Shown in pieces: positions 19,821 through 28,437 of a stretch of DNA of 60,196 nucleotides (position 1 is the stretch's first letter; every line of letters begins with the position of its first letter). Below the pieces are notes generated by a model that had not been told where the DNA came from, ran no database searches, and saw nothing but the letters and a program-made list of their open reading frames with translations. The stretch covers positions 1 to 60,196 of the forward strand of contig JAKAZS010000005.1 of assembly GCA_021815785.1 (NCBI GenBank), in the 5' to 3' direction. The DNA comes from a bacterium (lineage in GTDB: Bacteria; Cyanobacteriota; Vampirovibrionia; Obscuribacterales; JAKAZS01). Made by a program: the position numbers and the translations under genes.

Positions 19821-21620
19821 ATGATAATTACAAAATACCCTAAAATATTTTTAAAAGAATTAACCATAACGCTAATTTTTAGTTTAGGGCTTATTCTGCC
19901 AACCAATGCGACAAATGTTAACGATGAATTAAGTACTATGGAAATGTACTATTTTCACCATTGCTATCGTAAAAATCCAACCATCGAAAGAGTCGACCGT
20001 CTGGAAAAAATGGTTTTTGGTTCCACTGATGATACTGATGGGATTGACAAAAGAATTCAAAATCTTAATGGTGTTTTTGCTGCGACACAGTCAAGCCCAA
20101 GCAATAATACTCCTACAAATTCTGTGCCAAGTCCTGATACTTATTCGAATCAAGAGGATAAATCTCCTAATAATTTGCAAAAAGAATCTCCCTCTCAAGG
20201 CAGACTTCCGGCAAATAACCTAAACCAAATTAATCAATCTAATCATTATTTGCCAGCAACTCCTCAAGAAACTGCCCAACATAACAATTTTAACAAGTCC
20301 AATGCTTTACCAAAAAATGATTATCCAATTGTGTCAACAATGGAGATGAAAGTATTTAATCAAACTTACCAGGATGAACCAATTAAAGAACGACTAGATC
20401 GACTCGAATTAAAACTTTATGGTACTAAGTCAACATTACCTGATTTAAGCGAACGAGTTGACAACTTAATGAGTACTATGGACCTTAATAAACCCAAGTC
20501 AAAAGTAGCAAAAAAACATAGTGACTGGATGAGCGAAGACGAATTAGAAGCTCAAAATGCTAGCTTGGGAAACAATGCTGTTGATCAAGCCTATAGCCAG
20601 CAAGCCAATATGGGTATGGGTGGCTCGAATATGGGTATGGGTAGCTCGAATATGGGCATGGGCGGCTCGAATATGGGTATGGGTGGCTCGAATATGGGTA
20701 TGGGTAGCTCGAATATGGGCATGGGCGGCTCGAATATGGGCATGGGTGGCTCGAATATGGGCATGGGCGGCTCGAATATGGGTATGGGTGGCTCGAATAT
20801 GAGCATGGGCGGCTCGAATATGGGCATGGGTGGCTCGAACTTTAATAGCAATTTTTTAAACAGTGATAATTTTTTTGGCAGCGACAAACCTAAAAATCCT
20901 AAAAAACTGGCAAAATATGACATGCAAAAATATGGTATTAACCAATGTGTCACTAGGTTAGAACAAGAAATTTTAGGTAAAACCAACCAGAATCAACCTT
21001 TAGAAACCAGGGTGGCCAAACTTGAAAATATCATTTTCCCTGACGGTAAAAATCCCAAAAAAACAAATGTTGGCAAACGTGTTGAAAAATTATTAGCCGT
21101 TGTCCCCATTGACAAGAGCAACAAAACCAACAATAACAATTTTCCTAATTTTAATCCCAATAACCCAAACCAAGATATGAGTCTCAATAGCCTGGGCAAT
21201 AATGTGCAAATGCCAATGCAACCTAGTTCAGGGATGAGTTACAATTCCAGCTTCGCAAATCCCATGTCCAGTATGCAATATTCAGGTTCTAGCTATGGGT
21301 TTGGGGGGCTTGGCGGCATGGGCATGGGTTATAACGGCATGGGCATGGGACTTAGCGGCATGGGCATGGGTTATAACGGCATGGGTATGGGACTTGGCGG
21401 CATGGGCATGGGTTATAACGGCATGGGTATGGGACTTGGCGGCATGGGCATGGGTTATAACGGCATGGGTATGGGACTTGGCGGCATGGGTATGGGACTC
21501 GGTGGCATGGGTATGGGCGGTGGGGGGTTTAATAGTGGATTTTCACCTTTTGGTAATGGTTATGGTTATAGCAGCGGAATTGGCCGCACTGGGCTAGGCG
21601 CAGGTTTAATTTACCCGTAA
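19821..21620 (+). CDS. Secreted repeat protein with two Met/Gly-rich arrays
   Basis: Contains an N-terminal hydrophobic signal. There are three copies of a ~30-aa motif (...ERVDRLEKMVFG / ...ERLDRLELKLYG / ...TRVAKLENIIF). These are followed by 11x NMGMGGS and about 4.5x GMGMGYNGMGMGLG. Confidence 0.7.
   Translation: MIITKYPKIFLKELTITLIFSLGLILPTNATNVNDELSTMEMYYFHHCYRKNPTIERVDRLEKMVFGSTDDTDGIDKRIQNLNGVFAATQSSPSNNTPTNSVPSPDTYSNQEDKSPNNLQKESPSQGRLPANNLNQINQSNHYLPATPQETAQHNNFNKSNALPKNDYPIVSTMEMKVFNQTYQDEPIKERLDRLELKLYGTKSTLPDLSERVDNLMSTMDLNKPKSKVAKKHSDWMSEDELEAQNASLGNNAVDQAYSQQANMGMGGSNMGMGSSNMGMGGSNMGMGGSNMGMGSSNMGMGGSNMGMGGSNMGMGGSNMGMGGSNMSMGGSNMGMGGSNFNSNFLNSDNFFGSDKPKNPKKLAKYDMQKYGINQCVTRLEQEILGKTNQNQPLETRVAKLENIIFPDGKNPKKTNVGKRVEKLLAVVPIDKSNKTNNNNFPNFNPNNPNQDMSLNSLGNNVQMPMQPSSGMSYNSSFANPMSSMQYSGSSYGFGGLGGMGMGYNGMGMGLSGMGMGYNGMGMGLGGMGMGYNGMGMGLGGMGMGYNGMGMGLGGMGMGLGGMGMGGGGFNSGFSPFGNGYGYSSGIGRTGLGAGLIYP
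20607..20837 (+). repeat. 11 tandem copies of a 21-bp unit (AATATGGGTATGGGTGGCTCG) inside the CDS
   Basis: Counted directly: 231 bp = 11 x 21. Variation is mostly synonymous or Gly/Ser. Confidence 0.9.
21315..21524 (+). repeat. Four full plus one degenerate copy of a 42-bp unit (GGCATGGGCATGGGTTATAACGGCATGGGTATGGGACTTGGC) inside the CDS
   Basis: Unit starts at 21315/21357/21399/21441, with a degenerate tail to about 21524. Confidence 0.85.
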
Positions 21621-21628
21621 ATTAGAAA

Positions 21629-21665
21629 AAACTTATTTAACGAATTATATTCTTTAAATAAGTTT
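21629..21665 (+). terminator. AT-rich hairpin after the repeat-protein gene
   Basis: AAACTTATTTAA - 13 nt - TTAAATAAGTTT, with perfect 12-bp arms, 9 nt after the stop. It contains only one G-C pair, so termination efficiency is uncertain. Confidence 0.35.
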
Positions 21666-21736
21666 GGCTAGTTTTAATTTACAATGACTAATGTTATCTA
21701 ACTTAAAAGTTATTAATTCTTAGGCAAGGAGATAAA

Positions 21737-22072
21737 ATGATTCGACTTAATAAATCAGTTGAACTTTTAGAATGGGGTCTTGGTTCCAAACAAGGCAATC
21801 AAAACTGGAATAAAATTGGCAGCGGCAAAATTATCCAAAAACCTAAAATTAATGATGGTATTGCTGAAATCATTGTAAGCGTTAACGGTGACTTTGTTAA
21901 AGCCAATTTAAACGACGAATATATTAAAATAGCTCAATTAGGTGAAGGTCTAACGGCAAATGCTAATCAAGCTGGCGAAGTTGGTATGGGTCGAATTAAA
22001 AAAATTGACAAGACCAACAATCAATACTTAGTTACCATTGAATTAAAAGGTGCAGCCAAGTTCAGCAATTAA
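21737..22072 (+). CDS. Hypothetical protein
   Basis: ORF with an upstream AGGAGA Shine-Dalgarno sequence; no recognisable motif. Confidence 0.45.
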   Translation: MIRLNKSVELLEWGLGSKQGNQNWNKIGSGKIIQKPKINDGIAEIIVSVNGDFVKANLNDEYIKIAQLGEGLTANANQAGEVGMGRIKKIDKTNNQYLVTIELKGAAKFSN

Positions 22073-22082
22073 GTCCAAGGCA

Positions 22083-22694
22083 TTAACCACTAGTTTTTTC
22101 ACAAGCCATCTTTAATGAATTAACAACTTCATGTTGAATCATACTTAAAGCAACATTAACAAGACCTTTAGGTATAACTGATCCAGGAATGGTTTTAATC
22201 GTATAAATTGCTTTACATATTTTACCTTCGGCTTGAGGCAGTAACTGCCAACTACCCTCAAGATATTGAAAATTGCCATCCAACATATACCAGGAAAGTC
22301 TATTTGGTCCTTGGGATAAATCATTAACTGTATGTTGACAAGTTTGTTTAACAAACATTTGGGGCTTTAAAAAACTTTCAATATAAACCAGGGATTTATT
22401 ACATTTTAAAACATTACAAGTTTCAATCTTGCTAAATATCACTGGATAATTTTTAAAATCCGTCAAAATAGCCCAAACTTTACTGACTGGGGCATTTATC
22501 TGCACTTCAACTGTTGCTTCAACAACTTTTCGCTTGTTTTGAGGTGTATTAAGTTGTTCTTTCGTTAAATTTATGGATTCCATCAAACTACTTAAAGTAA
22601 TACTATTAATGTTATAACTTACTAAATCTTTAGCAAATAAATTATTTAAAGTAATAAAATTCAATATTATCAAAGCAATTAGGATTTTGTTCAT
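22083..22694 (-). CDS. Secreted SRPBCC (START/cyclase-dehydrase-like) superfamily protein
   Basis: Signal peptide, then VQINAPVSKVWAILTDFKNYPVIFSKI..., which is typical of polyketide_cyc/SRPBCC domains. Confidence 0.6.
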   Translation of the reverse strand: MNKILIALIILNFITLNNLFAKDLVSYNINSITLSSLMESINLTKEQLNTPQNKRKVVEATVEVQINAPVSKVWAILTDFKNYPVIFSKIETCNVLKCNKSLVYIESFLKPQMFVKQTCQHTVNDLSQGPNRLSWYMLDGNFQYLEGSWQLLPQAEGKICKAIYTIKTIPGSVIPKGLVNVALSMIQHEVVNSLKMACEKTSG

Positions 22695-22710
22695 AAAATT
22701 CCTTTCTATT

Positions 22711-24312
22711 TTAATTAGTATTTAAAGTCAATTCTTTTTCAAGGATAACTTTTTGACCACTTAAAGTTTTAGCTAAATTTATTCCTTTAGGACTGATTAT
22801 TGAGCTTGGACCCGTATTAGCAACAAATAATACATATTTGTGATTTTCAACAGATCTAAATGTTGCAAATGCAATCATTTGTTCACCGATTATAGAATTA
22901 TGAAACCATGACAAATCACTTAAATTAACAATTATTGGCGAATTGGTTGACTGAAAATCCTTGCTTAATTCTGGATATAATACTTCAAAGCATATTAGCA
23001 CATTTATCTTTATTTTGCCAATAGTTAAACTAATGGACTTGTCACCAAAACTAAATTCACTTCCAGCTGGTGTACAAGTTATTTCTTGAAGCTCTTGAGG
23101 TAATAACTTAACCCAGGCTGGATTAAACTCACCAAATGGTACTAAGTAGCGTTTATGATAAATCTCCTTATTCAAGCCCAAATCATTTATTCCATAAGCA
23201 CTATTATATATCTTATTTACAGTGCTATTTTTATACATAGCACCAGTTAATATTTTTAATCGGTTTTTCCAACACAGAAATTTATATGTTACCACAGCCC
23301 CAATATTCCCAATCAAATTAGTCGGAGTAGCATTTTCTGGCAATATAACCAATTCATCATGACACTGATTTAATAAACAAACATTTTTTTGTAAAATTTG
23401 AGCAAAGGAAAGCTGGTGCTGATAACGTTCTTCAACCGTAATATTAGGTTGAATTAAAGCCACTTTGATTTTTTGAGTATTGATATTGTTTTCGGGCAAA
23501 CTAAAGATAATAAGGCCACAACCAAACCAACAAATAAAGATAATAAATGCCGTTAATACTATCTTTAAGTCAGGTTTAAATAACTTTATTTGAAAATTAT
23601 TCTTATTATTGCCAAACTGCCGATAAAGATCATTAACGAGAAAAGCAAAAGCCGTATTGACCATAAGAATAAGCAAGGTTAAGGCTTTGTCGCCAAAAAA
23701 ATAACAAGGTTCAATGATTACAGGGTTATGATATTGCGTATATTCAAAAGAAGTCCAGCCTACACCAGACAATTTATATTGGTTTAAATAACTCATTACT
23801 ACAGTAATAATTAAAGGTACAGCCAATAAATTAAACAGCTTTATTTGCCTAGTTAAATTAAATCCGACTTTGGCTATCATTAAAGCTATCACCAAGATTA
23901 AACTTTGATGAATAACTTCAAAAAACCAAGCAATTATTGGTATTAAATCAATCCAGTATTTGTCTATGCCACTTAACCAATCGAGTGGACTTAAACCTAA
24001 AAACCAATTTAAATAAATTAAATTATAAATTAAACCATAGATAAGACCTAAACCTAAAGCTTGCCAAAATCCAGTAAACAGCAATAAGATAAAAGGTGTT
24101 AAGGCAAACCAAATATTATTAGCAAAATCCAAGGCTCCAAAGTGAATTCCTGGCGCTGATAACCCAGCTATTGTCCCACTTAATATAAATATAGCAATTA
24201 AGCCAAATTTTTGCTGGCGTACTTTAAAATAAACTTTTAGAGCTAGGGTTAGTTTAGCTATACCCCACTCTAAAAGTTTATTAATATCGCTATTTTGTAA
24301 ATAGTGCAACAA
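22711..24312 (-). CDS. lnt: Apolipoprotein N-acyltransferase
   Basis: A multi-TM N-terminus plus a CN-hydrolase domain with all three catalytic contexts: LVILPENA (Glu), YHKRYLVPFGEF (Lys) and VLICFEVLYPE (Cys). Confidence 0.85.
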   Translation of the reverse strand: MLHYLQNSDINKLLEWGIAKLTLALKVYFKVRQQKFGLIAIFILSGTIAGLSAPGIHFGALDFANNIWFALTPFILLLFTGFWQALGLGLIYGLIYNLIYLNWFLGLSPLDWLSGIDKYWIDLIPIIAWFFEVIHQSLILVIALMIAKVGFNLTRQIKLFNLLAVPLIITVVMSYLNQYKLSGVGWTSFEYTQYHNPVIIEPCYFFGDKALTLLILMVNTAFAFLVNDLYRQFGNNKNNFQIKLFKPDLKIVLTAFIIFICWFGCGLIIFSLPENNINTQKIKVALIQPNITVEERYQHQLSFAQILQKNVCLLNQCHDELVILPENATPTNLIGNIGAVVTYKFLCWKNRLKILTGAMYKNSTVNKIYNSAYGINDLGLNKEIYHKRYLVPFGEFNPAWVKLLPQELQEITCTPAGSEFSFGDKSISLTIGKIKINVLICFEVLYPELSKDFQSTNSPIIVNLSDLSWFHNSIIGEQMIAFATFRSVENHKYVLFVANTGPSSIISPKGINLAKTLSGQKVILEKELTLNTN

Positions 24313-24330
24313 TTAGGTAATTAACATTAT

Positions 24331-25467
24331 TTAGTTTACTGGCGCTGGTGTTGAAGCCGCTTTAGTCTGTGGCTTCGTTAAAAGTTCACGGACTTTAAGG
24401 TCAATTTCTTTTAACATTTTAGGGTTGCTTTCTAAAAATTGCCGAGCAGCATCTCGACCTTGACCAATTCTTTCATCTTTATAGGAAAACCAGGCACCAG
24501 CTTTTTTAACTACTTCTAAATCAGAGGCTACATCTATTAAACAGCCAATCGAATTAATGCCTTTGCCATAAATAATATCGAATTCAGCAACTCTAAATGG
24601 TGGGGCTACCTTATTTTTTACGACTTTCACTTTAACACGGTTACCATACTCTACGTTATCTTTTTTCAAGGTTTCCGTTTTACGAATATCTAAACGAACT
24701 GAAGCATAAAACTTTAAAGCATTCCCACCGGTAGTTGTTTCGGGATTACCATACATAACCCCAATTTTTTGCCTTAATTGATTAATAAAAATAACGATAG
24801 TACGGGTTTTATTAACCACAGCCGTTAATTTCCTTAAGGCCTGACTCATTAATCTGGCCTGCAAACCAGGCAAACTATCACCCATTTCACCTTCAATTTC
24901 CGCTTTAGGCACTAAGGCTGCCACTGAATCAATAATTACCAAATCAACGGCACCAGAACGAACCAATTGCTCGGTTATTTCTAAAGCCTGTTCGCCAGTA
25001 TCGGGCTGAGAAATCAACAACTCATCAACATTTACACCAAGAGCCCGAGCATATTCTGGATCCATTGCATGTTCCGCATCAACAATGGCCGCAATGCCAC
25101 CTAATTTTTGTACTTCAGCAGCTACGTGTTGAGCTAACGTAGTTTTGCCCGATGATTCCGGTCCATAAATTTCAATTACTCGACCTCGGGGCAATCCACC
25201 AACACCTAAAGCCACATCCAAGGATAAAGCTCCGGTCGAAACGGCTTCAACCTGATGTTGACGAGCATCACCCAGTTTCATGATTGAACCATCTCCATAT
25301 TGCTTCTTAATTGAATCAAGCGCCATGCCTAAAGCCTTTAAACGTTCAGGACTCGTTGTAGCGGGTCGATTAGTAATCATTTCAGCGTCCACGGGAGGAC
25401 TATTTTTACTTGCTTTACTGTTTTTTTCAGACGCAGTATTGTCTTTTGTTACCACAGCCATACTCAT
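24331..25467 (-). CDS. recA: Recombinase RecA
   Basis: [18 protein letters not shown] (Walker A), [12 protein letters not shown] and [36 protein letters not shown]. The N-terminal ~35 aa is an extension relative to typical RecA, or the true start is an internal Met. Confidence 0.97.
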   Translation of the reverse strand: MSMAVVTKDNTASEKNSKASKNSPPVDAEMITNRPATTSPERLKALGMALDSIKKQYGDGSIMKLGDARQHQVEAVSTGALSLDVALGVGGLPRGRVIEIYGPESSGKTTLAQHVAAEVQKLGGIAAIVDAEHAMDPEYARALGVNVDELLISQPDTGEQALEITEQLVRSGAVDLVIIDSVAALVPKAEIEGEMGDSLPGLQARLMSQALRKLTAVVNKTRTIVIFINQLRQKIGVMYGNPETTTGGNALKFYASVRLDIRKTETLKKDNVEYGNRVKVKVVKNKVAPPFRVAEFDIIYGKGINSIGCLIDVASDLEVVKKAGAWFSYKDERIGQGRDAARQFLESNPKMLKEIDLKVRELLTKPQTKAASTPAPVN

Positions 25468-25790
25468 TCTCCTTTAAAACTAGGTATTAGTCATTATTAA
25501 AACGACAAATTTAACTTAATCAGTATTATATGCTTAATCATAAGGTTTTTACAGTACTTTCAACAAATAAGCAATTGCTATTCATTGTATATTTAAAATA
25601 ATCTACTCCAAATTGATAAGCACAAATAATAACTTAGTTCAATTGCTGTTTTAAAGCTTTATCTTTGGGTATATAAGAATTAAATTGTAGTTTTAATTCT
25701 TCCCAATATAAAACTCTATAGATAAGAACGTATTTTTTTTAAAAAAGTTCTAAAAAATTAATAAAATTAAAAAAAATTAATGGACTACCA

Positions 25791-26483
25791 ATGAAAACAA
25801 CAAGCAAACTTGCCAAGATAAAAGAAAATGATATATTCGAATCATTTTCAGCAACTGAATTTTCCCGATTGCAAAATTTACTTGAAGAACTTGAATACCC
25901 CAAACATCATTTATTATTTACACCAGGCAGTCCATCCCAGCTAATTTACTTCATTGATCAAGGTCGCATTCGTTTAAGCAAATCATCGTCAGAGGGAAAA
26001 ACTTTAATCTTGGCCATTTTATCTGCTGGCGACATTATTAGTGATGCAGCCTGGGAAAGTCCTGAACATGACTCTCAAGCTGAATGTCTTGAAGATTGCC
26101 GTTTTTATGCTATTAACAAAGATGTATTTCGCAGCTTTATCAAAGAAAACCCTGAATTTGGCATAAGTTTACTCCATAATTTAGGAGCAAGACTCAAACA
26201 GGCTCAATCGCGGATTGAAGACCTAGTTTTTCGCCAAGTACCTAGTCGTGTCGCCCGATTAATCTTAAATTTAGCGGAAACTTATGGAAAAGTAACTCCA
26301 AATGGAATAAAAGTAGAATTTCCCATAACCCACCAAGAAATAGCCGATATGGTTGGCTCGTCAAGAGTTACTGTAACCCAAATATTAAATAAAATGCGTT
26401 CCAGCAATTTTATTAATATTGAAGGCAAAAGAGTAACAATTCATAATTATAATGCCCTTGAAGAAATGGTTAATCAGGCCTAA
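25791..26483 (+). CDS. Crp/Fnr-family transcriptional regulator
   Basis: A cNMP-binding-like N-domain and a C-terminal HTH (THQEIADMVGSSRVTVTQILNKM). There is no N-terminal Cys cluster, so it is not a classical O2-sensing FNR. Confidence 0.85.
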   Translation: MKTTSKLAKIKENDIFESFSATEFSRLQNLLEELEYPKHHLLFTPGSPSQLIYFIDQGRIRLSKSSSEGKTLILAILSAGDIISDAAWESPEHDSQAECLEDCRFYAINKDVFRSFIKENPEFGISLLHNLGARLKQAQSRIEDLVFRQVPSRVARLILNLAETYGKVTPNGIKVEFPITHQEIADMVGSSRVTVTQILNKMRSSNFINIEGKRVTIHNYNALEEMVNQA

Positions 26484-26653
26484 ATTAATCTTTAAATCAT
26501 ATTTATTTTGACTAATAATAAAAAAAATAATTAATTAAGGCGAAAAATTAATTGCCAAATATGCTAAATTAATTTTATCCATTTAAATAGATTTAACCAA
26601 TATGAATACTTTTAATTAATATGGACAAAAACAAGTTAAATACTTAAGCTAAT

Positions 26654-26728
26654 GTGCCCGTAGCTCAGACAGGATAGAGCGTTGGTCTCCGAAGCCGAAG
26701 GTCTCGAGTTCGAATCTCGACGGGCACT
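26654..26728 (+). tRNA. tRNA-Arg (anticodon CCG)
   Basis: Hand-folded. Acceptor is GTGCCCG/CGGGCAC and D arm is GCTC-AGACAGGATA-GAGC. The anticodon arm is TTGGT-CTCCGAA-GCCGA, variable AGGTC, T arm TCGAG-TTCGAAT-CTCGA. Confidence 0.85.
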
Positions 26729-26767
26729 AAATAAATTGATTAAAGGCCTTTTAGCTTAAACCAAACT

Positions 26768-28381
26768 CTATTTAGCAGTTTTGACGAATAATAAATAATC
26801 ATTGGTTAAATAGAAATTACCAAAAAACGGATCCTGTCTTACAATAAACTTATCGGTCGAATTTTTAGTATTTAATTCAAAATAATTATGCTTTAAGCAA
26901 TAATTAATAAATCCTAGCTTTTTAAAATATGTGGCCATATTATATTTGCCTGTAGTATTTTCAATCGCAATCAACGTTGGTTGATATTTATTTAAATCCT
27001 CGATCAGATTGCTCATCATCAAAGCCTCCTGTTTTTCAATATCATGGCAACTAAAATATTTACAGGGATGGTCCTTAATATAAGCAAATAAACTTTCAGG
27101 AACAAATATGCTTAAGTATCTTGTTCCTAATCTGCAGCCATATATATTCGGAAACGAATCGGTTCGACCTGATAATACCATTATATAATCCTGAGGCTTA
27201 CAATATTTATTAATAGTATTTTTCAGCAATTGGTTCACAGTTAATGAATCTCCATAACGCAGCATTGATGGAGACAGCATCAATAGTAATATTAAAAACA
27301 AAACTTCAGAAAAACTGATAAATTTAAACTGAATTCTCTTCAAAAAAGCAATGTTATTAATAAACCAATTAGTTACAAAATAAATTTCGATTATAGCTAA
27401 GGCATAATAGCCCTGGAGCATCAATAAAGTATGCGTACTAAAGCCTTTAGCCTGCCATAAATATACGACAATTCCAGCTATCAGCCAAGCCATCAAAGGA
27501 TCAATAATCAAGAATTTTTTGCGTAAAAATATTCCCCATAGAAGCACTAAAGAAAGTGGTATTACAAATAAAAATGGTACTGGTGTCAAAGAAGGACTCG
27601 AAGTCCAGCCATAGCATAAAGTTAAAATTAAATCTCCTAATGCTATATCAAAAGCCTTATAGCCATACACTAACAAAGGAATAAAATTACCGAATAATTC
27701 TTTACTTTCAACACTGGGTAATAACAAAAAATGTATTAAATAGAGTATTAGTGTAACCATTAAAGAAATGTTTTCCAAAGTAAAACATTTCTTTAAATTT
27801 TGAGTTTTTAAACACCAAACCAACTCATAACCTATCAGAATCAACCCATAATTTGGCTTAATAGCAATAGCTACGCCGGCTAAAAATCCAACTAATACTG
27901 CCTGAATAGGTATTATGGTCTTATGGTCAAAGCGAAAAGCTTCTAAAAATAAATATGGCAAAAAAAACAGCGTAATAATAAATTCTCGCTGCCCAATCAA
28001 ACCACTTGTAAAAACATAAAACAAACCCAAACCACTAAGTAAATATCGATATTCTTTACCGGCATCTTTCGCTTGATTAATAATTATGTTACAAAAAATA
28101 AAAATGCTGGCGAGCATAAAAATATTAAATAATGAAAACACTGGATAAGCTGGACCATGAAAAGTCTCGCTTAACCAAGCGGGAATCGCATTAATATAAA
28201 AAATCATCGGCAAATTTGTTTCAATAAAATCGATATAAGGAATTTGACCATGAATAAGCCTAAAACCAGCCTCATAATGTACCGCACAATCATCAGGGAT
28301 ATAATCGGGCCGGATAATTACCTTAATCAATAAAATCAAAATACATAAATAAATAAAATTTTTTAAAACTGATTTATCCAT
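26768..28381 (-). CDS. Polytopic membrane protein, putative GT-C-type (ArnT/PMT-like) glycosyltransferase
   Basis: About 12 hydrophobic segments, an acidic/aromatic first loop (PDDCAVHYEAGFRL..GQIPYIDF) and a soluble C-terminal domain. The family assignment is tentative. Confidence 0.4.
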   Translation of the reverse strand: MDKSVLKNFIYLCILILLIKVIIRPDYIPDDCAVHYEAGFRLIHGQIPYIDFIETNLPMIFYINAIPAWLSETFHGPAYPVFSLFNIFMLASIFIFCNIIINQAKDAGKEYRYLLSGLGLFYVFTSGLIGQREFIITLFFLPYLFLEAFRFDHKTIIPIQAVLVGFLAGVAIAIKPNYGLILIGYELVWCLKTQNLKKCFTLENISLMVTLILYLIHFLLLPSVESKELFGNFIPLLVYGYKAFDIALGDLILTLCYGWTSSPSLTPVPFLFVIPLSLVLLWGIFLRKKFLIIDPLMAWLIAGIVVYLWQAKGFSTHTLLMLQGYYALAIIEIYFVTNWFINNIAFLKRIQFKFISFSEVLFLILLLMLSPSMLRYGDSLTVNQLLKNTINKYCKPQDYIMVLSGRTDSFPNIYGCRLGTRYLSIFVPESLFAYIKDHPCKYFSCHDIEKQEALMMSNLIEDLNKYQPTLIAIENTTGKYNMATYFKKLGFINYCLKHNYFELNTKNSTDKFIVRQDPFFGNFYLTNDYLLFVKTAK

Positions 28382-28437
28382 ATTATAAATTTAATAATCC
28401 CTGGCCAATCATTAATTTTCTGCAAAAAACGGTATGT

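Noticed and set aside
20557-21597. Alternative-frame and antisense ORFs across the Met/Gly repeat arrays (20557..20802 +, 20591..20986 -, 21295..21597 +, 20993..21199 -)
   Set aside because: These are repeat-driven open frames nested in a longer ORF that has a signal peptide and non-repetitive flanks. Their peptides are pure repeat translations (WVWVARI, PIFEPP).
25725-25751. AGAAC-N17-GTTCT palindrome about 40 bp upstream of the Crp/Fnr-family gene, plus a search for a LexA/SOS box in the recA upstream region (25468-25790)
   Set aside because: Only the outer 5 bp pair. The centre is a T8/A6 run that is typical of this AT-rich spacer. The spacing does not match the Cheo box (GAAC-N4-GTTC), and I found no convincing LexA-type palindrome near recA.
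26484-26767. tRNA-Arg(CCG) as a possible genomic-island integration site
   Set aside because: There is no integrase and no direct repeat of the tRNA 3' end. The adjacent genes (a GT-C-like membrane protein and the RND operon) have similar composition. Nothing supports an island boundary.
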